64,000 nucleotides of DNA from an uncultured delta proteobacterium (GCA_963727625.1 CAVSHR010000009.1:160001-224000); one strand, 5' to 3'. Positions 10,430-21,322 are shown, numbered from the stretch's first letter. The notes: generated from the letters alone by a model not told the origin. Numbers and translations are program-made.

Positions 10430-10533
10430 AAGAATTTTCCAGGGGAAAATTTGACACATTTGGATGGTCGCGCAATTCTTCCATCGAAACGAATCGCTTG
10501 TGGATGTTTGAAAAGGAGCTAGGTCGACGCGGC

Positions 10534-11289
10534 ATGGCGCAAAAATTCTACGTAGTATGGGCAGGGCGGCAGACCGGCGTATTCACTGATTGGGCGACTA
10601 CTCTGCGGGCCGTGGACGGGTATGCTGGGGCGCGCTTCAAGTCCTATCCGACCCGCGCGGATGCAGAGGAAGCTTTTCGCAGCGGCGCCGCAAGCGTTGG
10701 GCCCAAAACGCCGAGCAAGCAAAAGAGCGGCACAGATAATAGCGAACACCGCGCCGCGCATACCGCTCACCGGTTCGATGTCAGCATTTATTGCGACGGC
10801 GCCTGCGAACCCAACCCCGGCAATGCCGGCTCCGGCATCGTGGTGTATCGAGCCGGCAAACTCGCTGAATTATGGTATGGCCTGTACAACCCCATGGGGA
10901 CCAACAACACCGCCGAACTGAACGCGCTCTATCACGCCTTGCGCATGGCCGAAGCAGAAATCAAAGCCGGCCACACCGTCGAGGTGTGCAGCGACTCCGC
11001 GTACTCGATCAACTGCATTCGGAGTTGGGCACCGAACTGGGAAAAAAAAAGCTGGAAAAAACCCGGCGGCGAAATCAAGAACCTGGAAATCATCCAGGAC
11101 TGTTACGCGATCTACCGGCGCATTAAAAAAGAACTCACGCTCACCCACGTCGCCGGCCACGCCGGAACCGAAGGCAACGAGCTCGCCGACCGCATGGCCA
11201 TGCTCGGCGCGCAGCGTAAAGAAAAAAAACTGCGTCTGTATCGGGAAAAATTGCATATTCCGACGCTGCTCAAGCTGCGGGCGGGGTGA
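10534..11289 (+). CDS. rnhA: Ribonuclease HI with N-terminal hybrid-binding (caulimovirus viroplasmin-like) domain
   Basis: KFYVVWAGRQTGVFTDW N-domain; YCDGAC, TNNTAEL, SDSAY, HVAGHAG, GNELAD. Confidence 0.92.
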   Translation: MAQKFYVVWAGRQTGVFTDWATTLRAVDGYAGARFKSYPTRADAEEAFRSGAASVGPKTPSKQKSGTDNSEHRAAHTAHRFDVSIYCDGACEPNPGNAGSGIVVYRAGKLAELWYGLYNPMGTNNTAELNALYHALRMAEAEIKAGHTVEVCSDSAYSINCIRSWAPNWEKKSWKKPGGEIKNLEIIQDCYAIYRRIKKELTLTHVAGHAGTEGNELADRMAMLGAQRKEKKLRLYREKLHIPTLLKLRAG

Positions 11290-11369
11290 TCAAGAACATA
11301 TGCTTATGCTAACGAGAGCCAATACGCTTGAACTTGAAGGAACCGCCAAGGACCTTTCAAGCCCGATCA

Positions 11370-12464
11370 TTAATGCTTCCCCGTGGCCGAAACGTAGCCG
11401 GTCTCTGCTAATTTGCCGCCTCGCGCATTGTTCCCGCCGCCGCTCACCGATAACGATTCAGGCATATTGAACTTGCGCCGATAGGCGCTCGCCGTGAGAC
11501 CCGTGAGGCGCTTGAATAGGCGGCGGAAAAAAGTTGGGTCTTCGTAACCAACTTGCCAGCCGATTTCATCCACCGGAGCATTCGTTCGTTCCAACCGCCG
11601 CTTGGCGTCGTCGATGCGCAAGCGCTGGACATATTCGATGGGCGCGCATCCCGTCGCTTTCTTGAAGCGGCGCTTAAAGCTGCGCTCGGCGACGCCGGAA
11701 AGACGCGCGGCTTGCTCGACGGGGCGCGCTACCGAGAAGTGCCCGTTCAGCCATTTCTGGACCTCAATGATCACGGAATCGCCGTGATCCATCGCCGGCT
11801 CGAACATGACATAGGGCGACAAACCCTCGACGTGCCACTGAAAGGCAAAAAACTTGGCGATCCCTTGCGCGGCGGTTGGGCCGGCATGCTGAGAAATCAA
11901 GTACAAAATCAAGTCATGCCACGACGTCGATGCCCCCGACATGATAAATCGATCGCGCTCCCCGACTGCCACCAATGCTTTCTCGAGGCGCAAATGTACG
12001 TTGGGAAAATTTTTCCGAAAGGTTGGCCCGTAAATCCAGTGAAGCGTAGCTTCTTTACCATCCAACAAACCGGTTTCTGCCAATAAAAGCACACCGGAAC
12101 AGGTTGAACACAACTGCGCCCCTTTTTTATGCATATCCGTCAACCAACGGATGACGTTGGGGTACCTGCCCTTGTGCCACTCGCCTCGCTCAACGAGCAC
12201 CGAAGGGATGATAATCACATCGGTGAAAGTTACGTCCTCGATCCAACGCGTCACTGGGATCGGAATCCCGCTCGCTGTTTGCGCTACGCCGCGCTCTGTC
12301 GAAATAATTTCAACGTTGAATGGGGCTTCAAGTGGCAATGCATCATTGTATGTCGAGAGCAACGGAAAAGAGTTCAACACGTCGTATAGACCGATCAAGG
12401 TCGAAGCCATGACCTCGGGAAACACTAACAAACTAACATGGAGCGATTTTTTCCCGGTCACCAT
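11370..12464 (-). CDS. GlxA-family AraC transcriptional regulator (DJ-1/PfpI domain plus HTH)
   Basis: STCSG, GLLDGKEATLHW, VGYEDPTFFRRLFKR. Confidence 0.93.
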   Translation of the reverse strand: MVTGKKSLHVSLLVFPEVMASTLIGLYDVLNSFPLLSTYNDALPLEAPFNVEIISTERGVAQTASGIPIPVTRWIEDVTFTDVIIIPSVLVERGEWHKGRYPNVIRWLTDMHKKGAQLCSTCSGVLLLAETGLLDGKEATLHWIYGPTFRKNFPNVHLRLEKALVAVGERDRFIMSGASTSWHDLILYLISQHAGPTAAQGIAKFFAFQWHVEGLSPYVMFEPAMDHGDSVIIEVQKWLNGHFSVARPVEQAARLSGVAERSFKRRFKKATGCAPIEYVQRLRIDDAKRRLERTNAPVDEIGWQVGYEDPTFFRRLFKRLTGLTASAYRRKFNMPESLSVSGGGNNARGGKLAETGYVSATGKH

Positions 12465-12581
12465 CGATTATCCCCCTCTGGCACGAACGAACCGTTTCTG
12501 ACCTTTTCCGCTCTTACCCAATCAGCAACAGAAGATTACCTTGGCAAGCATAAGTACAATCCAATTTAGGAGGATAAACCC

Positions 12582-13640
12582 ATGAAGGTCAACGAACAAA
12601 AGCTCAAAACATTAGTTGAAACAGCCGTCACCGATCTTGCTGCGGGTTACGGCGGCGTGATGATCGGTTTGGGACACAAACTGGGACTGTACAAGGTGAT
12701 GGCCGGTCGGGGGCCGCTAAGCTCCGTTGAAGTTGCCAAATCCGGCGGCTGCGCTGAGCGCTACGTGCGCGAATGGCTCAATAGCCAAGCGGCCGCTGGA
12801 TATGTCGACTACCACTCTTCCAGCCAAACCTACGAACTCACACCCGAACAAGCGATGGTCCTGGCTGACGAAGACAGCCCGGTATTTTTTCCGCCGGCCT
12901 GGGAAGTACCGCTAGCGATGTGGTTCGACGAGGACAAAGCACTCGATGCGTTCCGCACCGGCAAGGGTATCGGTTGGGACGATCATAGCGCCCCCTTGTA
13001 CCATGGCGTGGCGGCATTTTATCGCAACGCCTATCAAAACCATCTTGTTGCAGATTGGCTGCCGGCGCTAACAGGCGTCGTCACGAAATTACAGGCCGGT
13101 GCAAGAGTTGCCGATATCGGCTGCGGCCATGGTTACTCCACCATCTTCATGGCCGAAGCTTATCCCGAGTCACGCTTTTGGGGTTTCGATTTTCACTCGG
13201 GCTCGATCGCCGTCGCGCAACGCCAAGCGCGGGAGCGCGGCGTCATTGACCGGGTGAACTTCGAGGTCGCTGACGCCAAGACGTATCCCGCGCAAAATTT
13301 TGACTTGATCTGCTTTTTTGACTGCCTTCACGACATGGGCGATCCGGTTGGGGCGGCTCGGCACGCGCGCGAGTCGTTGGCCAATAATGGATCGGTCATG
13401 CTCGTTGAGCCCTTTGCTAACGACTGCATCGAAGACAATTTGAATCCCATCGGGCGTATATATTATTCGGCCTCGACAACTCTTTGTTGCGCCCATTCAT
13501 TATCCGAAGACGGCGGGGTTGCGCTCGGCGCTCAAGCAGGCGAACAGAAATTAGCCCGCGTCTTTGAGAAGGCCGGATTCAGTAAATTTCGTTGCGCTAT
13601 GAAAACACCCTTCAATTTGATTCTCGAAGCACAGCCGTGA
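12582..13640 (+). CDS. SAM-dependent methyltransferase with N-terminal winged helix (Rv2258c-like)
   Basis: ERYVREWL, ADIGCGHG, FDCLHDMGDP, LGAQAGE; divergent from the GlxA regulator. Confidence 0.92.
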   Translation: MKVNEQKLKTLVETAVTDLAAGYGGVMIGLGHKLGLYKVMAGRGPLSSVEVAKSGGCAERYVREWLNSQAAAGYVDYHSSSQTYELTPEQAMVLADEDSPVFFPPAWEVPLAMWFDEDKALDAFRTGKGIGWDDHSAPLYHGVAAFYRNAYQNHLVADWLPALTGVVTKLQAGARVADIGCGHGYSTIFMAEAYPESRFWGFDFHSGSIAVAQRQARERGVIDRVNFEVADAKTYPAQNFDLICFFDCLHDMGDPVGAARHARESLANNGSVMLVEPFANDCIEDNLNPIGRIYYSASTTLCCAHSLSEDGGVALGAQAGEQKLARVFEKAGFSKFRCAMKTPFNLILEAQP

Positions 13641-13782
13641 GAGGAGCAATGGCCACCCAATGACTATCATACGCTACGCAGGTTCCTGTAGTATGTAACA
13701 TGTAGGCTCCAACGCCCTCGAACCTTTCGAGGAATATGCAGGAAAGGGCCGCTTCCCATGAAGCGGTAGCGAATCGCAAACG

Positions 13783-14949
13783 ATGAAGCACAGCAAGGAA
13801 AGAATTCTCACCACCCACGTCGGCAGCCTGACGCGCCCGGTGGAAATCATCGACGCCATGCGGGCCAGAGTGAACAAAGAGCCCTACGACCGGGAACTTT
13901 TTGCCGAGAGTTTACGCAAAGGCGTAGCGGAGGTCGTGCGCGCACAGGCCGAAGTCGGTATCGACGTCGTCAGCGACGGCGAGTTCAGCAAGTCGGGCTT
14001 CGCGGCTTATATCAACGAACGGCTCGGCGGATTCGAGCGCCGGCCGGGCAATCCCGGCGACTCCGGCGTATCGCGAGGCAAGGACCGCAGGGACTTCGCC
14101 GACTTCTATCGCGAGTATGACCGCCTTACGCAGTCCCATCGTCCGGTGAGGGTGAGATGGGTGTGCACCGGGCCGATCACCTACGATCCGACCCTCCTCC
14201 GGATCGATATCGCCAATTTCAAAGCGGCGCTGGCGGTCGTACCCGTGGCAGAAGCGTTCATGCCGGTGGCCGCGCCGATCACCGTGGAGACCGACCGCCC
14301 GAACGAGTACTACCCGAGCCAGGAAGCTTACCTATACGCCATCGCGGATGCGCTCAAGCAGGAGTACAAGGCGATTGTCGACGCCGGCTTTCTGGTCCAA
14401 CTGGACGATCCCTGGATTACCGCGCGCTGGGATCAGATGCTGCCCAACATCGATCTGAAAGGATTTCAAAACTTTTGTGAAACGCGGATCGAAGCGACCA
14501 ACTACGCATTGGCGGACATTCCGCGGGAGCGCATCCGCTACCACATCTGCTGGGGCAGCTGGCATGGGCCGCACAGCACGGACATCCCGATCAAGCACAT
14601 TCAGTCGCTAATCCTGAAGGTCAAGGCCGGCGCCTATCTCTTCGAAGCGGCCAACGTGCGCCATGAGCATGAATGGGCGGTGTGGCAGGACGTCAAGCCG
14701 CCGGAGGGAACGGTGCTAATCCCCGGCGTCGTCACCCACGCGACAAATCTAATAGAGCACCCCGAGCTCGTGGCGCAGCGCATTGTCCGGCTCGCCAAGC
14801 TCGTCGGACGGGAAAACGTCCTCGCCGGCACCGACTGCGGCTTTTCCCAGGGCCCCTTCAGCGCCAAGGTCCACCCATCGATCCAGTGGGCAAAGCTCAA
14901 GGCGTTGGTCGAGGGGACGGAGCTGGCGAGCAAGGAGCTGTGGCCTTAA
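13783..14949 (+). CDS. Cobalamin-independent methionine synthase II family protein
   Basis: TTHVGSL, DVVSDGE, HICWG, FEAAN, GTDCGF Zn-ligand motifs. Confidence 0.92.
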   Translation: MKHSKERILTTHVGSLTRPVEIIDAMRARVNKEPYDRELFAESLRKGVAEVVRAQAEVGIDVVSDGEFSKSGFAAYINERLGGFERRPGNPGDSGVSRGKDRRDFADFYREYDRLTQSHRPVRVRWVCTGPITYDPTLLRIDIANFKAALAVVPVAEAFMPVAAPITVETDRPNEYYPSQEAYLYAIADALKQEYKAIVDAGFLVQLDDPWITARWDQMLPNIDLKGFQNFCETRIEATNYALADIPRERIRYHICWGSWHGPHSTDIPIKHIQSLILKVKAGAYLFEAANVRHEHEWAVWQDVKPPEGTVLIPGVVTHATNLIEHPELVAQRIVRLAKLVGRENVLAGTDCGFSQGPFSAKVHPSIQWAKLKALVEGTELASKELWP

Positions 14950-15080
14950 GGCTGTTTGTGGGCTGTTCGCGCTTTCCCCTGAATCAGGATTATCAAGAAT
15001 GGAAAGCCCGGCTCCGGACTTCGACCTGTGATGATGAAATTTTTGAGTTCGACAAACAATTTAGCATCCGCTGGACTGAT

Positions 15081-15124
15081 AAACGGCTTGAACGGAGCGA
15101 AGCGATTGAACGGTTTGAACGGCT
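15081..15124 (+). repeat. Dispersed intergenic TTGAACG-type element
   Basis: Reverse complement matches part of the 26573-26654 element (about 28/32); also similar to 1511-1560. Confidence 0.65.
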
Positions 15125-15220
15125 TAGCCATTCAGTAATGAAAGTCACAGTTGAAAACTTTGCAACTTTCACGGGTGAAATAAAAAGCTAAAAAGCAAAT
15201 ACGCCGTTTCCGATTTTCCG

Positions 15221-16123
15221 ATGGCTGAAAACCTCTCCGACATGTTCGTAACCACCGAGCCAGCCTTGCTGACCACCGGCTGGGGCCGCACCGAAGGACC
15301 GCTCTGGCATTCTGGCGGGTATGTGACCTTTGTGGATATGGAAGCGAGCCGGCTTCTGCGCTGGGACCCAAACGGGTCGGTAAGGGTCGTGCGCAAGAAT
15401 ACCGGAGAGGGAAACGGCTGCACCCTCGACCGCCAGGGCCGTCTTATCATGTGCGAAGGCGCCGATCACCGGCGCATCACCCGGATGGCAGCAGACGGCA
15501 CGGTCACGGCCATCGCCGAGCGCTGGCAAGAAAAACGGTTCAACAAGCCCAACGACGTGGTGTGCCGCTCCGACGGCAGCATCTATTTCACCGACCCCGA
15601 GCTGCGTGTTCCAGCAGGGCTGCGGGAGATCGGCTTTTCCGGCGTATTTCGCATCGACCCGAGCGGCAACGTGCATCTGGCCACCGACGAGTGCGAGTAC
15701 CCCAACGGCCTGGCGTTCTCTCCCGATGAGTCGGTGCTGTACATAGCGATCAGCCGGCTGGACGAGCGCTGTTTCCAGGAAGCCGAACGCGGCGAGGTTT
15801 GTACCCATCGGCGTATCCGAGCCTTCGACGTCGCCCCCGACGGCACTCTCAGCAACAACCGCGTGTTCTGTGATATGTCCTCGGCGGCGCCCGGCGTCCC
15901 CGACGGCATGAAAGTCGATACCAAAGGTCGACTGTTTTGCGTCGGCTCCGGCGGCATCTGGGTGATAGCTCCATCGGGTGCGGTCATCTGTATCGTCAAG
16001 ATGCCGGAGGTGATTCGCAACCTCGCTTTCGGCGGACCGGACTTTCGCACCCTGTATCTCACCCCACGCAGTTCGCTCTTAAAACTCGAGGTCAAAACGT
16101 CAGGGATTGGGGCATTCAATTAG
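15221..16123 (+). CDS. SMP-30/gluconolactonase/LRE family protein
   Basis: TEGPLW, GNG, NKPNDV, FTDP, PNGLAFSPD, PDGMKVD. Confidence 0.93.
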   Translation: MAENLSDMFVTTEPALLTTGWGRTEGPLWHSGGYVTFVDMEASRLLRWDPNGSVRVVRKNTGEGNGCTLDRQGRLIMCEGADHRRITRMAADGTVTAIAERWQEKRFNKPNDVVCRSDGSIYFTDPELRVPAGLREIGFSGVFRIDPSGNVHLATDECEYPNGLAFSPDESVLYIAISRLDERCFQEAERGEVCTHRRIRAFDVAPDGTLSNNRVFCDMSSAAPGVPDGMKVDTKGRLFCVGSGGIWVIAPSGAVICIVKMPEVIRNLAFGGPDFRTLYLTPRSSLLKLEVKTSGIGAFN

Positions 16124-16161
16124 TCGGACGCTAAGTGCAAAACCTCACCGGTAGGAACTAA

Positions 16162-16326
16162 ATGGCAGCGGAGCTCATAAGCATGCATCCGCTCAAAATT
16201 CTCAAACCGCCGGTCGAGATCCCGGGATTCACCATGTGCCAGGGCTGTCATGAGATCCACCGTAATGATCCGGGTCACCGGTGGCTGCGCGATGCGCTTA
16301 TCGATGCCGCCAAGGAAAGAAACTAA
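16162..16326 (+). pseudogene. C-terminal remnant of a LysR-family regulator
   Basis: Manual translation ...LKILKPPVEIPGFTMCQGCHEIHRNDPGHRWLRDAL... resembles the LysR C-terminal DPGHRWLR motif. Confidence 0.6.
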
Positions 16327-16702
16327 ATGAAGGCCGGCTCAAGACTGGCGCAATGCCAAATTTGCGTTAGATAAACTTACTGACCTTTCCGAGGGCTCGC
16401 GTGAAGATGTCGTCAAAAATCTCTTTACAGGATTCTTTTAAATCCTGCTACCTGCTAAATTCCAATGGTAGACGCCAGAACCCGACCCCAGAACCGGCCC
16501 GTAAATGATCCGGCGCGAGAATCGGAGTTGAGGATTTCCGGTCGAGTGCGCAACGCGGCCGCCCGTTTGGCGATGAGCGCTGGATCGTCGGATTTGCCCA
16601 TCGGCTTGGGCTAGAATTGACGCTGCTTTATCGGCCGGATAGAGTTCTAACCGGACCGCAGGAAGAGTAAAAAATTGATGATGCGGCTATGGAGGACACA
16701 CG

Positions 16703-17590
16703 ATGGAAGATAAAATGCGCGTTTGCATGCCACCCGATCCGAACCCGAAAAAGCCAAAGTTTACCCCGCCACCAAACACTTGCGATACCCATTGTCACAT
16801 CTTCGGACCGCCCCAAGTGTTTCCCTATTCCGAACGGCGACGTTACACACCGCCCGCTGCGCCAATCGAGCACTACTTGATGATGCTGGACGTCATCGGT
16901 GTTGACCGTGGCATCATCGTTCAGCCAAATGTTCACGACACCGACAATCGGGTGTCGGTTGACGCCATCGCGCGGAGCAACGGCAGGCTACGCGGAGTCG
17001 GACGCATCGATGACGACACCAGCGACAAAGAACTCGAGGAGATGCACCAAGGCGGCATACGGGGGATCCGTTTCGAGTTCGTCGAGGGTCGCCGCGGTAG
17101 CACGAACATTCCCCTCTTCGAACGCATGATCGAACGCATCCGCCCCTTCGGTTGGCATATCGAGCTTCATGTGGACCCCAAGGTGTTAGTGCAGCACGCG
17201 GATTGGTTTCGGGGCTTGGACTCGGTCTCGGTGGTCGACCATTTCGCGCGGCTTCGCAGCGCAGACGGGATCAATCAACCCGCCTTCAAGCTGTTGTTGG
17301 AGCTGATGGAACGACCCAATTACTGGGTCAAGATCTCCGGTGCCGATCAACGTACCGATGCACCCTATCCCTATGCTGACGTCGTGCCCTTTGCGCGCGC
17401 TTTGATCGCAGCCGCCCCGGACCGAATTCTCTGGGGCACCAACTGGCCACACTCCAACATGTTCGTGAATGGCCGCACGCCCAACGACGGGCTGCTGCTC
17501 AATCTCATGCTCGACTTCGCGCCTGACGAGTCGATAAGGAATCGGATCTTGGTGGATAACCCGGCTCGCATGTTCGGCTTCGACAAATGA
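16703..17590 (+). CDS. Amidohydrolase family 2, LigI (2-pyrone-4,6-dicarboxylate lactonase)-like
   Basis: CDTHCHIFGP, VVDHF, WVKISG, LWGTNWPH, ILVDNPA. Confidence 0.9.
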   Translation: MEDKMRVCMPPDPNPKKPKFTPPPNTCDTHCHIFGPPQVFPYSERRRYTPPAAPIEHYLMMLDVIGVDRGIIVQPNVHDTDNRVSVDAIARSNGRLRGVGRIDDDTSDKELEEMHQGGIRGIRFEFVEGRRGSTNIPLFERMIERIRPFGWHIELHVDPKVLVQHADWFRGLDSVSVVDHFARLRSADGINQPAFKLLLELMERPNYWVKISGADQRTDAPYPYADVVPFARALIAAAPDRILWGTNWPHSNMFVNGRTPNDGLLLNLMLDFAPDESIRNRILVDNPARMFGFDK

Positions 17591-17727
17591 ACGTGACAAT
17601 TTATCCCGGACGTATGTCACGATCGCGGTCTGATCGGACCGATGGATCTATCGGCCGACGGTCATTGCACAAGCGGCGCTAAATAAAGTACTAGAGATTC
17701 GACATTGCTACAGCCAGGAGTGGGAAC

Positions 17728-18276
17728 ATGCCGAGAATACCGGCGTTGAGCCGAGACGAGATGGACGCGGAGCAGCAAAAGGTCTACGACGCGACCGTGG
17801 CACAGACGGGACGGGTCGGCCGCGGACCATCGGTTGGCTATGCCTATTCGCCGGGCCTGTGGCAGATTCACAACGCATCGAGCGCGCATCTGCTTGACTG
17901 TTCATTGACACCTGCGCAGGTTCGGATCGTGTCGTTGATGACCGCGCGACACTGGAACTCCGCTTACCCCTGGAGCGCACAAGCTGCGACCGCGTTGACC
18001 GCGGGCGTCGACCGCGCCGTGATTGAGGCCATCAACGCGGGGGAACAGCCGAAATTCACGGACAGCGCCGACGAGATGGTGCACGCCGTGGCGCGTGAAC
18101 TGCTGGCGACCGGATCGCTAACAGACGACATCTTCAAGGCCGCTGAATCGACGATTGGCTATCAGCGCCTCGCCGACGTGGTTGGAGTGATCGGTCATTT
18201 CTCTACAACTGCAATGATGGCAAATGTAGTTGGCGCCGAACCGCAGCCGGACGCGCCATCGCACCTCAAGCCGTAA
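17728..18276 (+). CDS. Carboxymuconolactone decarboxylase/AhpD-like family protein
   Basis: MPRIP..EMDAEQQKVYD, GP..SP, TARHW pattern. Confidence 0.8.
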   Translation: MPRIPALSRDEMDAEQQKVYDATVAQTGRVGRGPSVGYAYSPGLWQIHNASSAHLLDCSLTPAQVRIVSLMTARHWNSAYPWSAQAATALTAGVDRAVIEAINAGEQPKFTDSADEMVHAVARELLATGSLTDDIFKAAESTIGYQRLADVVGVIGHFSTTAMMANVVGAEPQPDAPSHLKP

Positions 18277-18631
18277 GCGCGAAGTTTGCGAAAAAGATGT
18301 GGCGGACGAGTTCCGGCAGCCATGGCTCTTCTGAAAACAAACAGGCCAGGCGACCCGCCAGGAGCCCGCTGCGGGGAAACAGCGACGGTTTTCGAAAAGG
18401 ACTGCCGAGCGCATCGCAGACTCGTTGCAGATCGCGCCACATGTGGTTCCCCTTGGCCGGATAAATATTGAAGGGAGAATCGTTCCAGCCTTGCGCCTTG
18501 AAGATCGGTCCACGCAGAAACGGCCGCCAGACCAATCGAACGCCCGCCCGTTGCGCGGCCTCTTCGATTCGGAGAGCCGCCGGATAAGAATAGCTGCTGG
18601 CGAACTCGAACCAGAATTCAATGGGTTTTAT
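18266..18631 (-). pseudogene. Truncated 2-hydroxychromene-2-carboxylate isomerase (DsbA/GST-kappa family)
   Basis: IEFWFEFASSYSYPAA...WRPFL...KGNHMWRD; apparent start is ATA, and the C-terminal part is missing where it meets the CMD gene. Confidence 0.75.
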
Positions 18632-18818
18632 AATAACGAGCCACCAATCGCATCCCTAGTAAGCCGCTGCTGAGATCGCTAAACCACTTTCCAACTTTCG
18701 GATCGGTCTCGATCTTTTTCCGCATACCTCGATGATCCCGGCTCGCTAAACCCTTGTCCAAATCTCCGAAGCGGTCACCGATCATCTGCTGCCGGACCTG
18801 TTTCTTGCAAAAATCCAG

Positions 18819-19220
18819 TCACCAGCGTTGATACGACAACCCCGGAATTCTCGGAAAGCTGCGCTCGTCGCGAGTGGTGACGATATAGCCCTTCGTCAAC
18901 GCCGTGGCGGCGATGATGAGATCGTGCGGACCGACCGCCGTTCCATTGGCTGAAAGCTCCGCAGAGAGCCGAGCGTGGATTCGGGCGGCAACGGCATCAA
19001 AAGAAATGACCGGGAACCGGGCCAGCAGGCCTTCGACAAAGGCCTCTCGTCTGCGGCGCTGCGCCGGGTTGGCGGCGCGATGAACCCCATGGAGCAACTC
19101 CGATGCGGTGATCGCCGAAATCGCAAAATCCTCCTCGGCGTATTCCGCCAACTGGGATTGTAGTTTGAGACGGTCCCGCTCCCAGGCGATTAGAACGCTC
19201 GAATCGATCAGGATCCCCAT
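18819..19220 (-). CDS. vapC: PIN-domain toxin VapC
   Basis: ILIDSSVLI, SAITASEL, DLIIAATAL, TRD acidic PIN motifs. Confidence 0.92.
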   Translation of the reverse strand: MGILIDSSVLIAWERDRLKLQSQLAEYAEEDFAISAITASELLHGVHRAANPAQRRRREAFVEGLLARFPVISFDAVAARIHARLSAELSANGTAVGPHDLIIAATALTKGYIVTTRDERSFPRIPGLSYQRW

Positions 19221-19558
19221 GGCGAGTCAGGAACCGCAGGCGTTTGTTTCGTCCTGTCCTCTACCGCATCCCAGTAGCCGGGATCGGGTTTGGGCAGGGA
19301 ATGGAGCAAAGTCAGAAAATCGGCGCCGGTGAACCGCGGCGGTGTCACATGGGACATTTCACACACCGGCTCCCCGCCGCGCTCAATCACAAAGGTTTCT
19401 CCGCGGTAGCAAACCCGATCGAGTAATTCGGAAAAGCTGCGCGCCGCTTCCGTCGCTGAAATGACCCGGCTTCCTTTGACCGAATGCGCCGCATAAGTTC
19501 GCGGCTCCGGCTTCGAGCGTTTTCGCCCGCGAGATTTTCCTTTTTTGCCAGGTTTCAT
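19208..19558 (-). CDS. Phd/YefM-family antitoxin (VapB partner)
   Basis: ISATEAARSFSELLDRV..GETFVIERGG; overlaps the vapC start. Confidence 0.88.
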   Translation of the reverse strand: MKPGKKGKSRGRKRSKPEPRTYAAHSVKGSRVISATEAARSFSELLDRVCYRGETFVIERGGEPVCEMSHVTPPRFTGADFLTLLHSLPKPDPGYWDAVEDRTKQTPAVPDSPWGS

Positions 19559-19561
19559 AAT

Positions 19562-19595
19562 AATCTGATTATCTGATTTCTAATTAAATTGTCAA
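19562..19595 (-). promoter_or_regulatory. Sigma70-like promoter with tandem AATCAGAT operator upstream of the antitoxin
   Basis: Minus strand TTGACA-16nt-GATAAT overlapping AATCAGAT AATCAGAT. Confidence 0.5.
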
Positions 19596-19822
19596 ATCGC
19601 CGCAGCAGATCAATGATGCGTCACAGAGTCTGCAGGGGTGATTGGGGTCGCTGGTTAGGGTTGTGCCTGGATACTTAAACAATCGCGTAACAGCGGCACC
19701 CTTAAGTGGCGATTCACGTCGCTCTTATTCATTCAAATTGAGAAGTTGTTCGAATGGGTCAAGGAAAAAACGAGTCAGCGGGGGCAAGCAGCAACGACAT
19801 CGCGTCTGGACCTTGTGAGCGC

Positions 19823-20833
19823 TCACTGGGCCTTCTTCATTCGATCGAACTGGGACTTGAATTTTTCGCAAGGGTCTTGGTCGTCGACGCGCGGCGTAAA
19901 CCAGACGTAATCGAAAGGAAATCGGCCATTGGGAAATGAGAGAGCGTAACTCTGCGGTTGGGGCTTCTGTTTGTCGACTTCGACGAAAGCGATGCTAATC
20001 ACCTGCTTTTCCGGCGCCTTTGCCCTGAGATGAACCGGAATGCCGTAATCGTTGCGGACATGACCCGCTCCGGCCACCAGGATCGCACCGTCGGGATCGC
20101 CTGCCGCGATCAAGCTCTGCGCCATCTGAGCGTCTCTAGCCCGCTGTACCTCCACCATCGCTTTCACGCTTTTCTCGGATGCGTAGCCGCAATGAGCGTC
20201 GCGTATATCAGCCGCCATTCTGGCGAACACAGTTTCGGGGGGCGACTGGTCGAGACCCAGTTCATGCGCAACCCCCGGCCCGAGGGCTGACGGGCCGTCC
20301 CGGGTCATCTTTCTCGCAGTCGCAAGCGGCAGATTGGTCGCGACGATCCGAAGTTTTGCTTGAAGGGCGGCCTCGGCGATGGGTTGATACATCGCCCAAT
20401 CCGGCCATCCGCGTTTGTTCCAATTAACCGCCCGACCAAGCCCCGCGGCATCGTTCGGAGCGGCGGCGAGATGGCCGGCGATCGTGCCGGCGTCGTCAAG
20501 GCTGAGCATTTCGAAACCCACTGCGGGACGTCGTCCAACGGCAATCAGGCTCCGGAGCACTTCGGCCTGGAGCATGTGGTGGTCGGGGTTGTCATGCCGC
20601 TCGCCCAAGAGGATGAAGTCCGCGCGAGCTAAACGTTTGACCAGACTCCGCCGATCGATGAATCGAGCAGAAGAGACGTCCCAAATACGCCCGGTGAGAG
20701 GATGAATTCGACCCAGGGGTGATTGCCATGACGTGGCCGAGCAGCCCGCGACGGCGCATGCCGCCACGCCCAGGAACATCGCGAGCAGACTCGCCGTATC
20801 GGGTCTCACAGTGAAATACCCTATCGTTCTCAC
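19823..20833 (-). CDS. ChaN family (haem-uptake) lipoprotein
   Basis: Lipobox VAGC; LLGERHDNPDHH, FEM, QRARD..MA, AGAGHV; true start may be downstream. Confidence 0.88.
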   Translation of the reverse strand: MRTIGYFTVRPDTASLLAMFLGVAACAVAGCSATSWQSPLGRIHPLTGRIWDVSSARFIDRRSLVKRLARADFILLGERHDNPDHHMLQAEVLRSLIAVGRRPAVGFEMLSLDDAGTIAGHLAAAPNDAAGLGRAVNWNKRGWPDWAMYQPIAEAALQAKLRIVATNLPLATARKMTRDGPSALGPGVAHELGLDQSPPETVFARMAADIRDAHCGYASEKSVKAMVEVQRARDAQMAQSLIAAGDPDGAILVAGAGHVRNDYGIPVHLRAKAPEKQVISIAFVEVDKQKPQPQSYALSFPNGRFPFDYVWFTPRVDDQDPCEKFKSQFDRMKKAQ

Positions 20834-20923
20834 TCCGCTAAGCTTTGGGCCCTACCATCGGTTTTGGCTGATCCCAGCCTCCGGTATCTCTCGTCCAACT
20901 GCAACATGAACACTCCGGTTCCT

Positions 20924-21322
20924 TCACGGAATAACCGCGATGGCGTTGATCTCCAGCAGCAGCTCGGGCCGCGCCAGCGCCGCCACCTGCACCATCGTGC
21001 TGGTCGGGAAATTCGATCCCAAAACTTCGCGCCGGGTTTCGTTGATGTCACGGTGGTGGCGCACATCGGTGGTGAAGACGTTCAGCGCGACGACATCGTT
21101 GACCGTGCCGCCGGCGGCTTCGACGGCGCGTTGAATCTTCCCCAGGACAAAACGCGTCTGTGCCTTGGCGTCGTCGACGCCGACGACCTTGCCGTCATGA
21201 TCCGAAGCGGTCTGGCCGGCGATGAATACCATCCGGCCCGGCTGGGCGACGTTGACCAGTGAATAACTTCCGCGCGGCACCGGCAGCCCATCGGGATTGA
21301 ATGCGGTCTTGGCCATCGGCAT
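20924..21322 (-). CDS. RidA/YjgF family protein
   Basis: YS, IAGQTA, FPTSTMVQVAAL, EINAIA. Confidence 0.9.
   Translation of the reverse strand: MPMAKTAFNPDGLPVPRGSYSLVNVAQPGRMVFIAGQTASDHDGKVVGVDDAKAQTRFVLGKIQRAVEAAGGTVNDVVALNVFTTDVRHHRDINETRREVLGSNFPTSTMVQVAALARPELLLEINAIAVIP

Noticed and set aside
10451-10480. Promoter for rnhA (TTGACA at 10451)
   Set aside because: Perfect -35 box but no credible -10 at 16-18 nt; not listed as a feature.
18618-18821. Open frame of ~66 codons continuing after the vapC TGA
   Set aside because: VapC is already full length and no SECIS-like stem is evident; likely chance or a remnant of another gene.
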